DNA of 64,000 nucleotides from NCBI GenBank assembly GCA_021613535.1, contig CP075494.1, forward strand, positions 16,802,001 to 16,866,000, read 5' to 3'. The stretch's first letter is position 1. Every line of letters starts with the position of its first letter. The position numbers and the translations under genes were made by a program. This document shows, in pieces, positions 50,101 to 61,609 of this stretch. The notes beneath the pieces are model-generated. The model saw only the letters and a list, made by a program, of their open reading frames with translations. It was not told the DNA's origin and ran no database searches. The stretch is from Adineta vaga. Taxonomy: Eukaryota > Animalia > Rotifera.

Positions 50101-52417
50101 GTAACATCTGGTCTTGTTAATAATCTTTTATCTTACCCACTAAAAGATTATCGTCGTTTTCTTTCAGCTCACTTACAGTTTCTTCATGGACTTTGTGAAC
50201 TTTCTTTTGAATCAATTAATAATTCTGTTCATCAATTTCATACTTCATTATTCATTACTACTCAACTTCTATCTGAAATTGAATTAGATCAACGTCTTAA
50301 TTCTACAATTGAACAAATTCAGTCAAATACCCTACAAACATTAACTCAATTTCTATTTTTAATCCGTAAAATAAACCATGCAGATGGTGTTATATCGACA
50401 TACGGAACAAATTATGAATATATTATTCCTTGGGATAAATTCGATGGAGTTTATGCACCTACTAAAGCCAGAACTTATGATAATTGTTCTTGTGATTTAG
50501 ATTTAAATTGTACAAGTCAAGCAATCTTTTATTCAAGATCTGAAAAAATTCCAATTAAAGGTTTAAAAATAGGATGTACACCAAGTGAATCATTTCTTTC
50601 TTCAACTCTTGAATGTTTTTATGATCAATTATGTCTTAATCTTATCGAAAAATATACAAATACTAATACTAATTCTTCTATCTCTCTTTCAATAACGATG
50701 AGTAATTTCTCAATCAATAGAACAATATTAGAATTAATCAATCATCTATTCATTGAAGAACTTATACCAACAATCAATTATTCAGTTTATTTCAACCATT
50801 GTAAACCATCATTTTGTTCATATAAATACATTCAAAAATTCAATCCATTATATGTTATAACTCTTATTATTGCACTTCAAGGTGGTTTAAGTATTTTTCT
50901 CAAATGGATCTCTCCTAATACAATACAGATTACTATGAATATTTATTATTATTATCAAAAACAGCGAACAAGAAATATTGTTCAACCTTCTTCATCTAAT
51001 GAGATGATATCTACTATATCTGTTAACATATCCGTTGACAATACTATTACAAACTCAGAATCAATCTCAAGAAATGTATCAACTCAATGTACTTTCAAAA
51101 TCATCATCATCATATTTATATTGATGATATTTGTCATAACATCTCTTGTTTTGTTCTCTATCTATTTTCCTCAACAAGATAAAGATCAAATATCACCGAT
51201 GATCAATGTCACAATAGAGACAAACTCATCATTAACTATAATCGAATCAAGTTAGTAGTTATTCATTTTCTTTGTATTTATAATTATAAGAATTTTATTG
51301 TCATTCATTGTTTCTTTCAGTATGTGAAATGAAATTTGAAATAATACGTAGAAATATTAGTGATACTAAACCAATATCACCTGTTATTGCTGATTTTAAC
51401 AACGATCATCAACTCGATCTTGTATTTTACTGTGTCCGAAAAAAACATTTCTATATGTTACTTAGCAGTGGTAGAGGAACTTTTCAACAAGCACTATTTT
51501 TTCCTTTTGAAAACATTGATCTATCGATTAAAATTGTTGCTGCTGATTTCAACAATGATCATCAAGTCGATCTTGCATTTACTAATTCTAATAAAAAATG
51601 GATACATATTTTATTGGGATATGGAAATGGATCTTTTCAACTACTAGAGACCGTACTACCTTTGATCCATGACACGCCCATTAGTATCACTGTGACTGAT
51701 TTCAATAATGATGATTATATTGATATTCTCGTATTATCTAAAATTGATGAGAAAATTACGTTTTTTTTTGGACTGGGTAATGGAACATTTTCTCGACATA
51801 AATTCGTGGGTAAAAGTCTGCATAACTCATTTTTAAAATTTATTGACACTGCTGATTTTAACCGTGATGGTTATAAAGATATTTTAGTCTGGGATCATTT
51901 TCGCCATCGTATTGATCTAGTTATTGGAAGTGGCACTGAATTTCATGGTAGAGCAATGAAAGACATGGTTGAACTTATTTGGATGAGTGACATTGTTGTT
52001 GCAGACTTTAATCATGATACTTGGCCAGATTTGGCTATCTCTTCTATAGATTCAAGTGATATCCGTTTGCTATCTGGATATGGAACTGGTTGTTGTCACA
52101 TATATAAAACATTTGAAATTAAAAAAACTATGAATCTATTTAAACTCGCAACTGCTGATTTTAATTGTGATGATGTTTTGGATATTGTTTTTAGTGAATC
52201 TAATCCATTTCGAATACAAACACTTGTTGGATCAAGATCTGGCAATTATCATTTAGAAGAAGTATTGACAGAGGAATCGAATAGTACTTATATTTGGATC
52301 GATGTTGGTGATTTGAATGGAGATAATTATCCAGATATAATTGCTTTCGATCAATCATTTGGCTTTATCTTTATTCTGTTAAATACTAACAAATGTTGTT
52401 TATATAAATATCGATAG
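35103..52417 (+). CDS. 11-exon, ~1786-aa multi-pass membrane protein: 3x(TM/Cys-rich ectodomain/TM) + TM + Ser/Thr stalk + FG-GAP beta-propeller
   Basis: Exons 35103-35280, 40763-41055, 42354-42914, 42963-43260, 43314-43451, 46487-47097, 47180-47285, 47942-48460, 49642-50009, 50059-51250, 51321-52417. All ten introns are GT-AG with matching phases (1,0,0,1,1,0,1,1,0,1); 5361 nt in total with no internal stop found. Confidence 0.82.
35973..36750 (-). mobile_element. Internally deleted hAT transposon remnant (C-terminal dimerisation domain at 36179-36430)
   Basis: NPLIFWK..LSKLAKRTFCIPA..AVKRVFSWAG..RRNTL is a degenerate hAT dimerisation motif. GC-rich CCCCG/CCCGT subterminal repeats and CAG termini. 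Confidence 0.75.
36843..40095 (-). mobile_element. RTE-clade non-LTR retrotransposon, inactivated
   Basis: Single APE-RT frame (VQEHR, GDLNAR, SDHRIV, YRGISL, GVLQGDTLAP). Catalytic xADD is mutated to FADY; frameshift/stop near 37460-37500. C-terminal RKRGRP; (TGA)n tail at 36843-36854. 5' boundary approximate. Confidence 0.9.
40168..40400 (+). mobile_element. Possible solo-LTR-like remnant
   Basis: Starts TGTTGAA, contains TATATAAG and AATAAA, ends near ..CACA. No TSD identified. Confidence 0.25.
41127..42322 (-). mobile_element. Helentron-associated (DINE-1/HINE-like) non-autonomous element
   Basis: Sub-terminal inverted repeats CC(T/C)TCGACTGAA / TTCAGTCGA(A/G)GG, a GT-rich microsatellite near the 5' end, a short GC palindrome at the 3' end and T-rich flanks. 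Same family as 52831, 53463, 57770 and 58630. Confidence 0.65.
41556..41893. mobile_element. hAT-type palindromic MITE nested in the HINE-like element
   Basis: TIRs TAGGAATAGACATAGTTCAG / CTGAACTATGTCAACCCCTA. Perfect 8-bp TSD CTCACGAC (41548-41555, 41894-41901). Internal perfect 51-bp inverted repeat. Confidence 0.9.
43474..46345 (-). mobile_element. Tandem array of ~4 non-autonomous Helitron-like units (~43474-44157, 44158-45005, 45008-45744, ~45770-46345)
   Basis: On the minus strand, units start TCTATA(T/A)..AAAG..GTCTGTTCGCTATGC and end with a short hairpin (e.g. GCGG-gtatct-CCGC) plus CTAG. Large internal blocks are shared between units. Confidence 0.7.
44333..44460. repeat. 36-bp minisatellite, ~3.5 copies, inside a Helitron-like unit
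   Basis: CACCCACTGTCCC(A/G)(C/T)TGCAACTCCAGTCCCATTCTA repeated; only ~1 copy in the sister unit at ~45358-45410. Confidence 0.9.
47292..47927. mobile_element. Long-TIR foldback element filling intron 7
   Basis: AAAGTTAGCACCATGTTCG mirrors CGAATATGATGCTAACTTT; CAGAATTTAATTCTCTATCGAATG..GTTGTCGGGAAAAAAATCGT is mirrored at ~47806-47867. Confidence 0.75.
47458..47780. mobile_element. hAT-type MITE nested in the foldback element
   Basis: TIRs CAGTGTTGCCAGA / TCTGGCAACACTG (13/13). Degenerate 8-bp flanks ATCTACAT/ATCCATGT. Confidence 0.8.
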
Positions 52418-52830
52418 ATAGAATGAAAATTTCTTTTACAAAACAAAAACATTTTTTAAACACATATCAAAAGCTTTGTAATTCATCTTTTTTAAAACTG
52501 ATTTCTATGTTGTTTTATCTCATCAAAGTATTATTGTCTACTCACATTTCTAGTTAGCACCATCAATACAGACAATTTAATGAGTTCGTTTCAGGATTCT
52601 AAAAAAGTTAAAAAATCTTTTTGTTTTTCTTTTTACAAATATCTTATATAGATTAATAACATTTGTTGAATCATTCATTGGCTTTTTTCCTCATATGTTA
52701 ATGTCGATTTCAATGTTTTTTTTCCTTCATTCTTCGATTCATGGGAATTACGACACAAATAATACTTTCATATGTACATATATTTATTGTTGAAACTGGA
52801 AAAAAATCAAATTTGCTAAATATGATCCAT

Positions 52831-53640
52831 TTGTTCCCTCGACTGAAAAGAGGGTGATACGGAAAAAAGTGGGCAAAAAAACGAAAAGGCGTTTGTGTGT
52901 GTGTGTGTGTGTATGTCTGTCGCAGGTCAAAGGTCAAGTATATAAACCATCATGGAAGACCTCAAGTCCTATATAGTGGGGGTACCCATGGGTCCTCAAG
53001 TCCTATACACTACAGGGGTACCCCTTAGTATAGGACTTGAGGACCTATGAGTACTCCCACTATATAGGACTTGGGGACTCAAGAGGAACCCAATGGTTTA
53101 GGACTTCATTATAAACTTCAGATCGGTTTAGTTCAGTTCGTGAACTGAACGGTTAAGATCAGTTCTTCAGGCGGTTTGAACCGGTTTGTGAACTGAACTG
53201 TGTGTACCCCTAATAGGTAACCAACTGTTTCCTCTTGAGAATAGTGAAGTAACAGCTCTGTGAGCTCGGATTGGCCCAAAAATGGACCAATAGAATTTCA
53301 GCACACATTTTCTTTACTATTTCGAAGGGAAAACCCTTGGTTACCTATACTAGAATGAAAGATCGTACCCGATTACCATATGGTTGGTACAGGTAACCAA
53401 GGGATTCTCCTTGAGAATAGCGAAGGAAATGGCCAAATGAATGTTGAAATCCCATTGGTCCGTTTGTTCCCTCGACTGAAAGGAGGGTGCTGTGGGGGAA
53501 AAGTGGGGCCAAAAAGTGAAATTCGCTTGTATATTTCTCTCGAGTCAAAGGTCAGAGGTCAAAAAAACATTTTCTTCGGAAATGTCAAAATTCAACGAAA
53601 TCTTAATTCCCTCTACTGAAAGGAGCGTATGTACGAAAGT
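52831..53640 (+). mobile_element. Cluster of HINE-like 5' ends and MITE fragments
   Basis: TTGTTCCCTCGACTGAAA(A/G)GAGGG at 52831 and 53463, plus a variant at ~53605; (GT)n tract; reverse-complement homology to 42160-42320. Confidence 0.6.
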
Positions 53641-54388
53641 TAGTTAATGTTCGTTCAACCAATCATAGCATTAGGATGTATTGTATCATTATAGTGACAA
53701 CAATAGACATCCACAAAACTAAATAAAAGGCTTTTGGGGTCGAGGAACACGAATCTGGTGTCGTTTTCTCAAAGTTATACAAACTAGTGGCTTCTGAATG
53801 ACTTAGAATACAATACATTCGAGGAAAATTTCGAAACCACTAAAAGACTTTTCTATCTCTGTCGTTATATCATATGAAGATTGCGGTGAACGATATTTTG
53901 AAGAGTGAGGAAAGAATGTACTGATCAATACTCTGATTTGAACAGAAAAAAATATTTGAATTATCTGTTTATGGCGAAATGTTTCAAATCAGTTCAATTG
54001 TTAATGAGTGAATAATTCCACAAGTGGCGTACGTCGAGGGGCGCGTTCGGGCGTCCCACGTAGCAATAGTTTTATACGGCCCTACTGATCTTGAAATGTA
54101 GGCACCTTGTGAACACTGACAGCAGACTCGTGTGTTTCAATTCCAGTAACCTTTCGGTAAAGTTATATCGGAAGGATGAGATGCCTTCAGGTTTTAATAT
54201 CTTGTCCTCAAATGTTCTTTTGATTCTACAAGCATACAAGTAAGCAGACAAAATATATTTGTCAGATCCTTCCTTTTCGAAAGGAAGAATAAATTAATTG
54301 ATGAACGAAATACAAACAGGAATAGACGGACAAGTGCAAGTATTGTCGCTCGAACAATCACTCATTATCTGGTAAAACGTGGGAACGG

Positions 54389-55871
54389 CTAGCTGTGAGT
54401 GGCCGACCGGAGGGAGGCCGACGAACGACTAGATGTCGATATACTAGTTTTATCAAGTGCTCAATAAATGTGAATTGAGATCTTTTGAAAAAGAGCCACA
54501 TAGTCTAGTACACGAGCGAAAACAAAGTCTTCTTCGTCGTTCAACCTGTAGCAAAATGTATTTGCCAAGAAGATCATGGATGTGAATGTGGAATTTTAAG
54601 CTAGCAGTCGACTTAGAGAAATTAGAGATATGTTTGTCTTTTCTTGAAATTTTTAGGAATTAGCTTATAAAGTAATAGTGCGCTGCGCTGACTAGAATTT
54701 GAATGTGAAAGTATGCTATTTTCTGAGTAGCAATCTTCTGCAACAGAGACATTGGGGAACATGCATTCTTAAATGAAAAGTGTCTTGAAGTTTCTTTGCG
54801 AGAAGGATAGCGAATCTGTAAAATGAGCACTACTTGTGAATTATACCAATTTAGAAATTACTTCTCTTTCATCAGTTTCTTGAAATTCTCTCGTAAAGTC
54901 GAAGCGAAATATATTTGCTGGTTTGAAAATCGGAGTGGTAGTGAACGGTAGGCTACAGTTAAACATAGGGACGTCTAGCCGTGAGTGGCTGATTGGAGGG
55001 AGGTCGACGAACGACTAGACATTACAATGCGACGATAGTAGTGAGTAAATTGTGTAGCAGTAAAAACTTTGAAGAAGCGACTGGCTCAGCCATTTCAAAA
55101 ATAAAAACGAGTTTGTGTTTCATCTTAAGGCTGATGATCTACAATATCATAGTCTTTCAGTACGATGCGACCGTCAGCACGTTGCATTATTTATCTGTGA
55201 ATAAAGACAGAAACGACTAGATGTTTATTCTGCAAACTAGTTCGGAATCATAGTGATTTGTAAAGAACTTAGAAAACTCTACACGTTTGGCAAAAAAAGT
55301 TCAAAGAATATTAATATGAGAGTAAAAATGGATGATATTAATTGTTTAAAGCAAAAGGTGAGTCTAAAAACATTTGTGTAAAACAAAAAACGTGTCATAA
55401 AAAATCAAAAATAATTTCGTGTACTTAATGAAAAGACTCTGTCAGGAAGAAAAACTATGTCAGAATGCCTCTTAAGTCGAATGAAACGTTGGAAGGATTT
55501 TACAGTTTGGATCAAATTCGAAACCTTTGTAAAGCTTCATGAGAAAAGTAAGAAGCCTTCACAAAGGGTAAGTGAACTTTCAGCCAGCCTGATAAAAGCG
55601 TCTGAGGTTATTAATAGAGGTTCCAAAGATTTTCAATTTCATTGGAAAAATGATTGGATGCGAAAACCATTTTTGTTTTCGATATGAGGTATGGTAGATA
55701 ATGCGAGATAATATATTAGAGGTGTTATATGTGGAAATAAAAATGCTATGAATGGTCTCGTCTTTTGTAAGGATCAAACTGATTCTTTGAAAGATGGTAG
55801 AGTTGTAAATAGTTTATACAGAATCAACTAGTCGTGAGTGGCCGACAGGAGGGAGGCCGACGAACGACTAG
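54389..55871 (+). repeat. Three copies of a 44-bp CTAG-bounded GC-rich motif (54389-54432, 54975-55018, 55828-55871)
   Basis: CTAGTCGTGAGTGGCCGACAGGAGGGAGGCCGACGAACGACTAG and close variants; a partial AACGACTAGATG at ~55212. Confidence 0.85.
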
Positions 55872-56242
55872 ATTTTCAGCTGTAGATCTTCTTAGGAAAA
55901 AATACAGTGAGTGTGAATCGAAGCCTTTTATGAAAATTTCGTGTAATTCGCAAACAGATTGATATGCATAGTTTTATAAAAGTCAATATAATAAGTAACT
56001 AGACCTTTCAGCACTTCAAGTGCCATCGTCAGTAAGTGCGAATTGAAAAATGAACTTAGAGTTGAGTATCACTGATTTGACAAGTAACAAATACCCAACG
56101 TTAGATCCACTTGATTTGTGTCTATTTAACTATGTTGATGATAATATAATGGTAAGACTATGCATATCAATATCAATTTGTGTGTCAATTCAACAAAATC
56201 TATTGTCAATATTATTATTCGTGTAATTCGGTTCATACTTAA

Positions 56243-56406
56243 CCCTTTCCGGCCGGCTACTAGAAGACAACAAGCAAAACGTTTTCTTTCTATATATTCT
56301 TTGTTGCTTAGCTATAGAGATCAATTTTTTACGGCCGAGTTTTTTTAAAATTCCCTACCCCCTACGGCAAAATTGTTGCCGTTTGGCAACACTCGGCCGG
56401 AAAGGG
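56243..56406. mobile_element. piggyBac-type MITE (164 bp)
   Basis: TTAA TSD on both sides; perfect 13-bp TIR CCCTTTCCGGCCG. Confidence 0.88.
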
Positions 56407-57648
56407 TTAAGAACTATTTCTTTTACCAGAGTATAGCCTATAAAATTATCTATTAGAAAATATTACTGACACTAACGGGATAAGAGTGTTCTTTTCCGTA
56501 GAGGATTAGCAACGCTCACGTCGCGTTACTTGTTTTAAGTAGGTAGATGGTAGGCTCGATGGTGGGGAGGCGGACTACGGAAGGGTAGAGTCAAAGGCCA
56601 AAAAACATTTTTTTTTCACGAATGTTCTGATTTCAATGAAACAACGTTAGGAATAGGTTTAAAGGTTGACCGAACAAAGTTTCTATAGATTCAGGGAAGA
56701 GTTTTAGGTTTGAGAGAGGAATTTGCTGCAGCAATAAATTGACTAATCTCATAGGATATTATGGATATGTATGTGGACCATTTAGATGTTCCCTGGTCTA
56801 GAGGAAGGATCATGCGACAACAAATGATGTGTATGGCGATATGCTTGTGATATAGTCAAAGAGCAGCATTGGCAGAGACTTCATGAATAGGTTTCATAGA
56901 TCAATGAAACTAATGATTGACTCTGGTGGATTATAAAAATGACCAACGAGGTGTCGCGTAGCGTAAAGCTGCCAAATTGGATGTCTGGGATGCATGTATC
57001 CGTGAATCAGTCATTGAATATCTTAGATGATTTAGTTTAGTTGTATGCATCTATTGATGCAAACCAGTATGGGTTCGCTCTCACAACCTCTAGTAAATAA
57101 AAGTCAGTTTCCAGCTGAATGCTTCGATCCATCTTTAGAAAAGATCATATAGAAAACGTGGAATGGAAGAAAAACAATCAAAGAGCAAGAGATTGTGCCT
57201 TGACAAGCTCTGTTTAAAAGTATTTCTAAATTTCCTAAAGATTATTTATCCTGGCTGTAACTTTCGTTATTATGTTACATTAAAACAACGTTTACCTGGT
57301 TCATATCCTGATATTTCTCTTGCATTTTTACTTGATGATGATGTTACTGTTACATTTGGCTTTATTTTCTATCCAGTCGATACGATTTTTTTTGATTGTG
57401 CGGTATTTATTTCGTTCCGTCCAAGATTTGTTTTTTGTCAGTTTTGTTAGTACAATGGCAGTACAATTTTTAGAGTACGCTTACGAAAAGACAATGATGA
57501 TAACATAGTGGAGAAGGAGTTACAAAGAGGAGAAAACAAACAAACTGGCGAGGTCGTATAACCATGTTCACGTGATTCTTTGTTTATTCTTCGTACGAAC
57601 TATATTTTTTTCTTCCTTCCGTTCTCCCATCATCACCATCATCCGACG

Positions 57649-57722
57649 AGCCAAGGGAAGGTATTGAACCTTCTGATATCTGACTAAGAGTCAGACGCAT
57701 AGACCACTATGCCATCCTCGAC
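57649..57722 (-). tRNA. tRNA-Lys(CTT)-like cloverleaf; probably a SINE head or pseudo-tRNA
   Basis: GTCGAGG-ATG-GCAT AGTGGTCT ATGC-G-TCTGA CTCTTAG TCAGA-TATCA-GAAGG TTCAATA CCTTC-CCTTGGC-T. All four stems pair. One extra base precedes the D arm and there is no immediate oligo-T terminator. Confidence 0.55.
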
Positions 57723-57769
57723 TAGTCGATACGATTCATGTCATTCGTATTGAGGGTATCGTTTCATCA

Positions 57770-58595
57770 TTTCCTCGACTGAAAGGAGGGCGATAAGGGA
57801 AAATGTGAGGCCAAAAACTGAAATTCATTTGTATGTATGTATGTATGTATGTATGTATGTATGCATATATGTATGCATATATGATTGTCACCGCTCAATA
57901 GTCATCAATGAAAAAATTTTACATTTACAGCACAGCGCATACTATATTACGGATATATTCTTATCTACTCAAGCTCTACAAAAATAATTTCTGTGGTAAT
58001 CAAAGGGACATTGACCCTAGTAGTTATGAAACTTTCGTTTTTTTAGACTTTTCCCTCCAACTGAAACGAAGTTCATGGCGCAATAAAAAGTGTTCAGTCA
58101 GACACCTTGACTAATAAAACGGGATACCAAGCTTGAAGGTGGGAAGATTGTGGAGCAGCGAATCGTGAGTAGCGCTCCATAGGGGCGCTGACGAGCGACG
58201 AGCTGCTCCCAGTTATATCTTCTGAAATATGAATGAAAAAAGTGAAGCAACTCTGTAGTTGAAATTTATTAGCAATCGTATTTTATTTAACAGCATTTAT
58301 CGTTCTGTTAAGAAGAGATAGACATGCCTGAAGATAGCAAGATCACAATAAGCACTCTTAGAAAGTTACCGTTCTATTTGAACAGTGATTATCATTTAGA
58401 AACGTCTGGTAAATGAAAAAAACCACAGTAGTGCTCAACTTTGTTTTCAAAACTGAGATGAACGAGAACCAAACTTGGAAAACTATTTCCCAGTACGTTT
58501 CTGTCTTTTTGTATGGAAAAGGTTCGTGAAGATTACTGTATATTGGGCTATTAATTCAGTCGAAGGTCAAGCGAGTCAGCCTCGACGAGCGTTAT
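57770..58595 (+). mobile_element. Helentron-associated (HINE-like) element, apparently complete
   Basis: 5' TTCCTCGACTGAAAGGAGGG, (GTAT)n microsatellite ~57830-57880, 3' TTCAGTCGAAGG..GCGAGTCAGCCTCGACGAGCGTTATTT, identical in design to the 41127 end. Confidence 0.65.
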
Positions 58596-58727
58596 TTATT
58601 TATAAGTGACAGTCATTATTCATCTACATTTGTTCCCTGGACTGAAAGGAGGATCATACGAAAAAAAGTGGGCAAAAAAACGAAAATGCGTTTGTACGTC
58701 TGTCGCAGGTCAAAGTTCAAACAGATA

Positions 58728-60418
58728 CACTACTTGTCAAAAGTCCGTGGACATGTGAAAATTCAGGTAAAGTTCAGCCGTTTTTCACGAAATTTTTACC
58801 AGAGATAGAGCGTGAAAAACTGTGATCGTAGGCAACAACCCGAGCTTGATTGACTAAAATAGAGATTGAGTTTAAATTCAAACACTACATAGTCTGTTTT
58901 TGTGGCTGAGTTAGTTCAAAAGCGATCGGAATAAACATTAGCCACAAATTTGTTGTATTCTATTCATAGTGGTGTTGGGCGACCTCTTTTGAAAGCGATT
59001 AAGGACTGGTCAATCACAATCTTTTGTTAACATTTATAAACCATAAGACAAAACCCTTGGAATTCTTTTCTATTATACTATAATCAAGCCTTGCTGCGTA
59101 ATGTCTCTTCCTCTTCATAAATGCTACGAAATCGTCTTTCTTACCAAAAACATATACGGTCCGCAATTTGGTCCTAGTAAAGTTGCGAAGATTATCAAAT
59201 GTAATCGCAAAACTGTAACCCACTGAATCAGTCGTTGGGAGGAAACAAAAGATCTTTTCGATCGTCCTCGTTCTGGAGCACTAAGAACAACCAGTATTAA
59301 ACAAGATCAAATGATGATCGACATGGCTCTAGACGATATGAACACAACGAGCAAAACCATTAAGGACGAACTCGAAAACATCGGAATTACTGTTAGTCAA
59401 AACACAATTCAACGGTGACTTGAGGATGCTGGTCTAAAATACTCGAAGCCTTTGTCGAAACCTTTACTCAGCAAATGGCATCGAGAACAGCGTTTGACAT
59501 AGGCCGAATCAATGAAAAACTACGATCGGAGCAAGGTGATGGCAACCGATGAAACGTCGATTCGTTTTCATACCTCTCACAAGTACACATGGCAACGACC
59601 TGGCGAGGGAAAAGTTGTTCGTACCGTTAAATATCCGTTAAAGATAAATGTCTGGAGTTGTCTATCTAGAAAGGAGTTTGGACGAGTGTTTTTTTTTCAA
59701 GAACAACTTGAACAGCGAATTTCTTTGCCACAAAATCTACCAAAAGGCTCTTCTTCCTTCTGCTCGCCAACATTTCGGTCAATCTTAGTGGGTCTTGCTC
59801 GAAGACAACGACCCGAAACATCGGTCAAATTATAGTCGTACATGGAAGTCTGATCATCAAATCGTCACGCTTTCCTGGTCATTCCTGAGTCCTGATATCA
59901 ATCCCATTGAAAACTTATGGTCTCTGCTGAAGGTAAAGGTGGCTCAGCGGCAACCAAAAACACTTGAAGATTTGGTTAATGCCATACAGAACGAGTGGAA
60001 TGAACTGCCAAGCGAACTGGCCTACAATCTCATGAATAGTATGGAATCACGTGTTCAATCATTGATCGATTCATCTGGTGACTACACTCTTTACTGAGGG
60101 AACACTTTAAAACTTTCTTTTGCGATCTGTTTGTGAAAACCTGAAACTAATTCAAATAAAACCAAGAAAAATATGAACTTTCTCACGATAAAATGCTTGC
60201 GATTCTTTCATTTATTCCGATCACATTTGAACTAACTCAGCCACAAAAACAGACTATGTAGTGTTTGAATTTAAACTCAATCTCTATTTTAGTCAATCAA
60301 GCTCGGGTTGTTGCCTACGATCACAGTTTTTCACGCTCTATCTCTGGTAAAAATTTCGTGAAAAACGGCTGAACCTTACCTGAACTTTCACATGTCTACG
60401 GGCTTTTGACGAGTAGTG
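58728..60418 (+). mobile_element. Tc1-like (DD34E) element with ~208-bp TIRs and a pseudogenised transposase (59101-60097)
   Basis: TA TSD on both sides; TIRs 58728-58935 / 60211-60418. Motifs ATDET, EDNDPKH, SPDINPIENLW. In-frame stops at ~59224, ~59417, ~59500 and a frameshift near 59690. Inserted in a HINE-like 5' end (58630). Confidence 0.93.
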
Positions 60419-61609
60419 TATATGATATTCATTTAAAAGCTTTTTAAGCAGGATATGTAAGTAAATTATCTTCGTCAACATTTTAATATCATTATAACTA
60501 AACATGCAATGAAAATCAGTGTGTCAATCCATACGATGGCCTATTTCTTTTCTCTATCAACGTTTGCACTTAATATGCACTTAGATATTATTCCTCACAG
60601 ATCCTATTTCTCAATACTGTCACATCACAAATATGCACTTTAATCTGATCGAATCAAATATCCTTATTTCATCTATCAGTTTATTAATTGATGTAATTCT
60701 ATCTGAGGAATGACCTTTTCGTGTGATGTGGCATTTTTCTATATGTTGTAGGACTAGATATTCCAAGTACTATATAAAGGACGAGGAATATTCAGTCAAA
60801 GCGCGATCTCTTTGGAAGGAATAATAGGATTATACAAAATATCTCTCATTCATTTATCACTTGGATCAGAAATCGTCACAATCAGGATTTTCTTTTGGAG
60901 GAAAGGCAACGTTTCTGAGAGAAAAGTATTCAAATAAATTGTTTGTCATACTCTATGAAAACTTTTGGAACCTAATAGAAGACCTTTCCGGAATTTGGAA
61001 ATGATAGATGTAAGAAAAGCCCCTAGTGAGGTTCTAATTTTGGAAGGGATTTAGCAGAAGTGTCAAATCTGAATACTAAGTTCAAGTATTCAAAGCATCT
61101 ATGAAATAAATATTTCAATTTACAGTCAATATCTTATTAGTGTTCTGAAAAGCCATTTATATTACACCCCTTATTCTTACCCACACCCAGAATCGCACTC
61201 TAAATCGAATATACTCATTTTTCTGGACAAAAATCCATTTTTATACAAATCTGAATACAGTTTTCTGCTTCGTGGTGCAAGCTTCACATCGGTTATAGCT
61301 TTCAAAGGAATAATGGAAGTTAGACCTAATTGTTTCTTTAATCTTTCCCAAATATAAATCTACTCAGGAATGAGAATTTCTTTTACAGCAATCAAGAATA
61401 TGATTATTTGATTTTGCATATCTTTTATTTAAATTAGGCATCGTAGAAAGGTGTTGAAATAATGAAGACAAATACGATAAGAAAGCGAATAAGAAATCAG
61501 AAAAAGATAATAATCGAAGAAGCAATCTAAGTATGACTAATATATCAAGGTTTTTGTCATTTTTACGATTCAACAGTTAAAATTTCATCACCATAACATT
61601 CTAACTAGC

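Noticed and set aside
54389-55871. 44-bp direct repeats as a CRISPR array
   Set aside because: Spacers are 540-810 bp, there are no cas genes and the context is eukaryotic.
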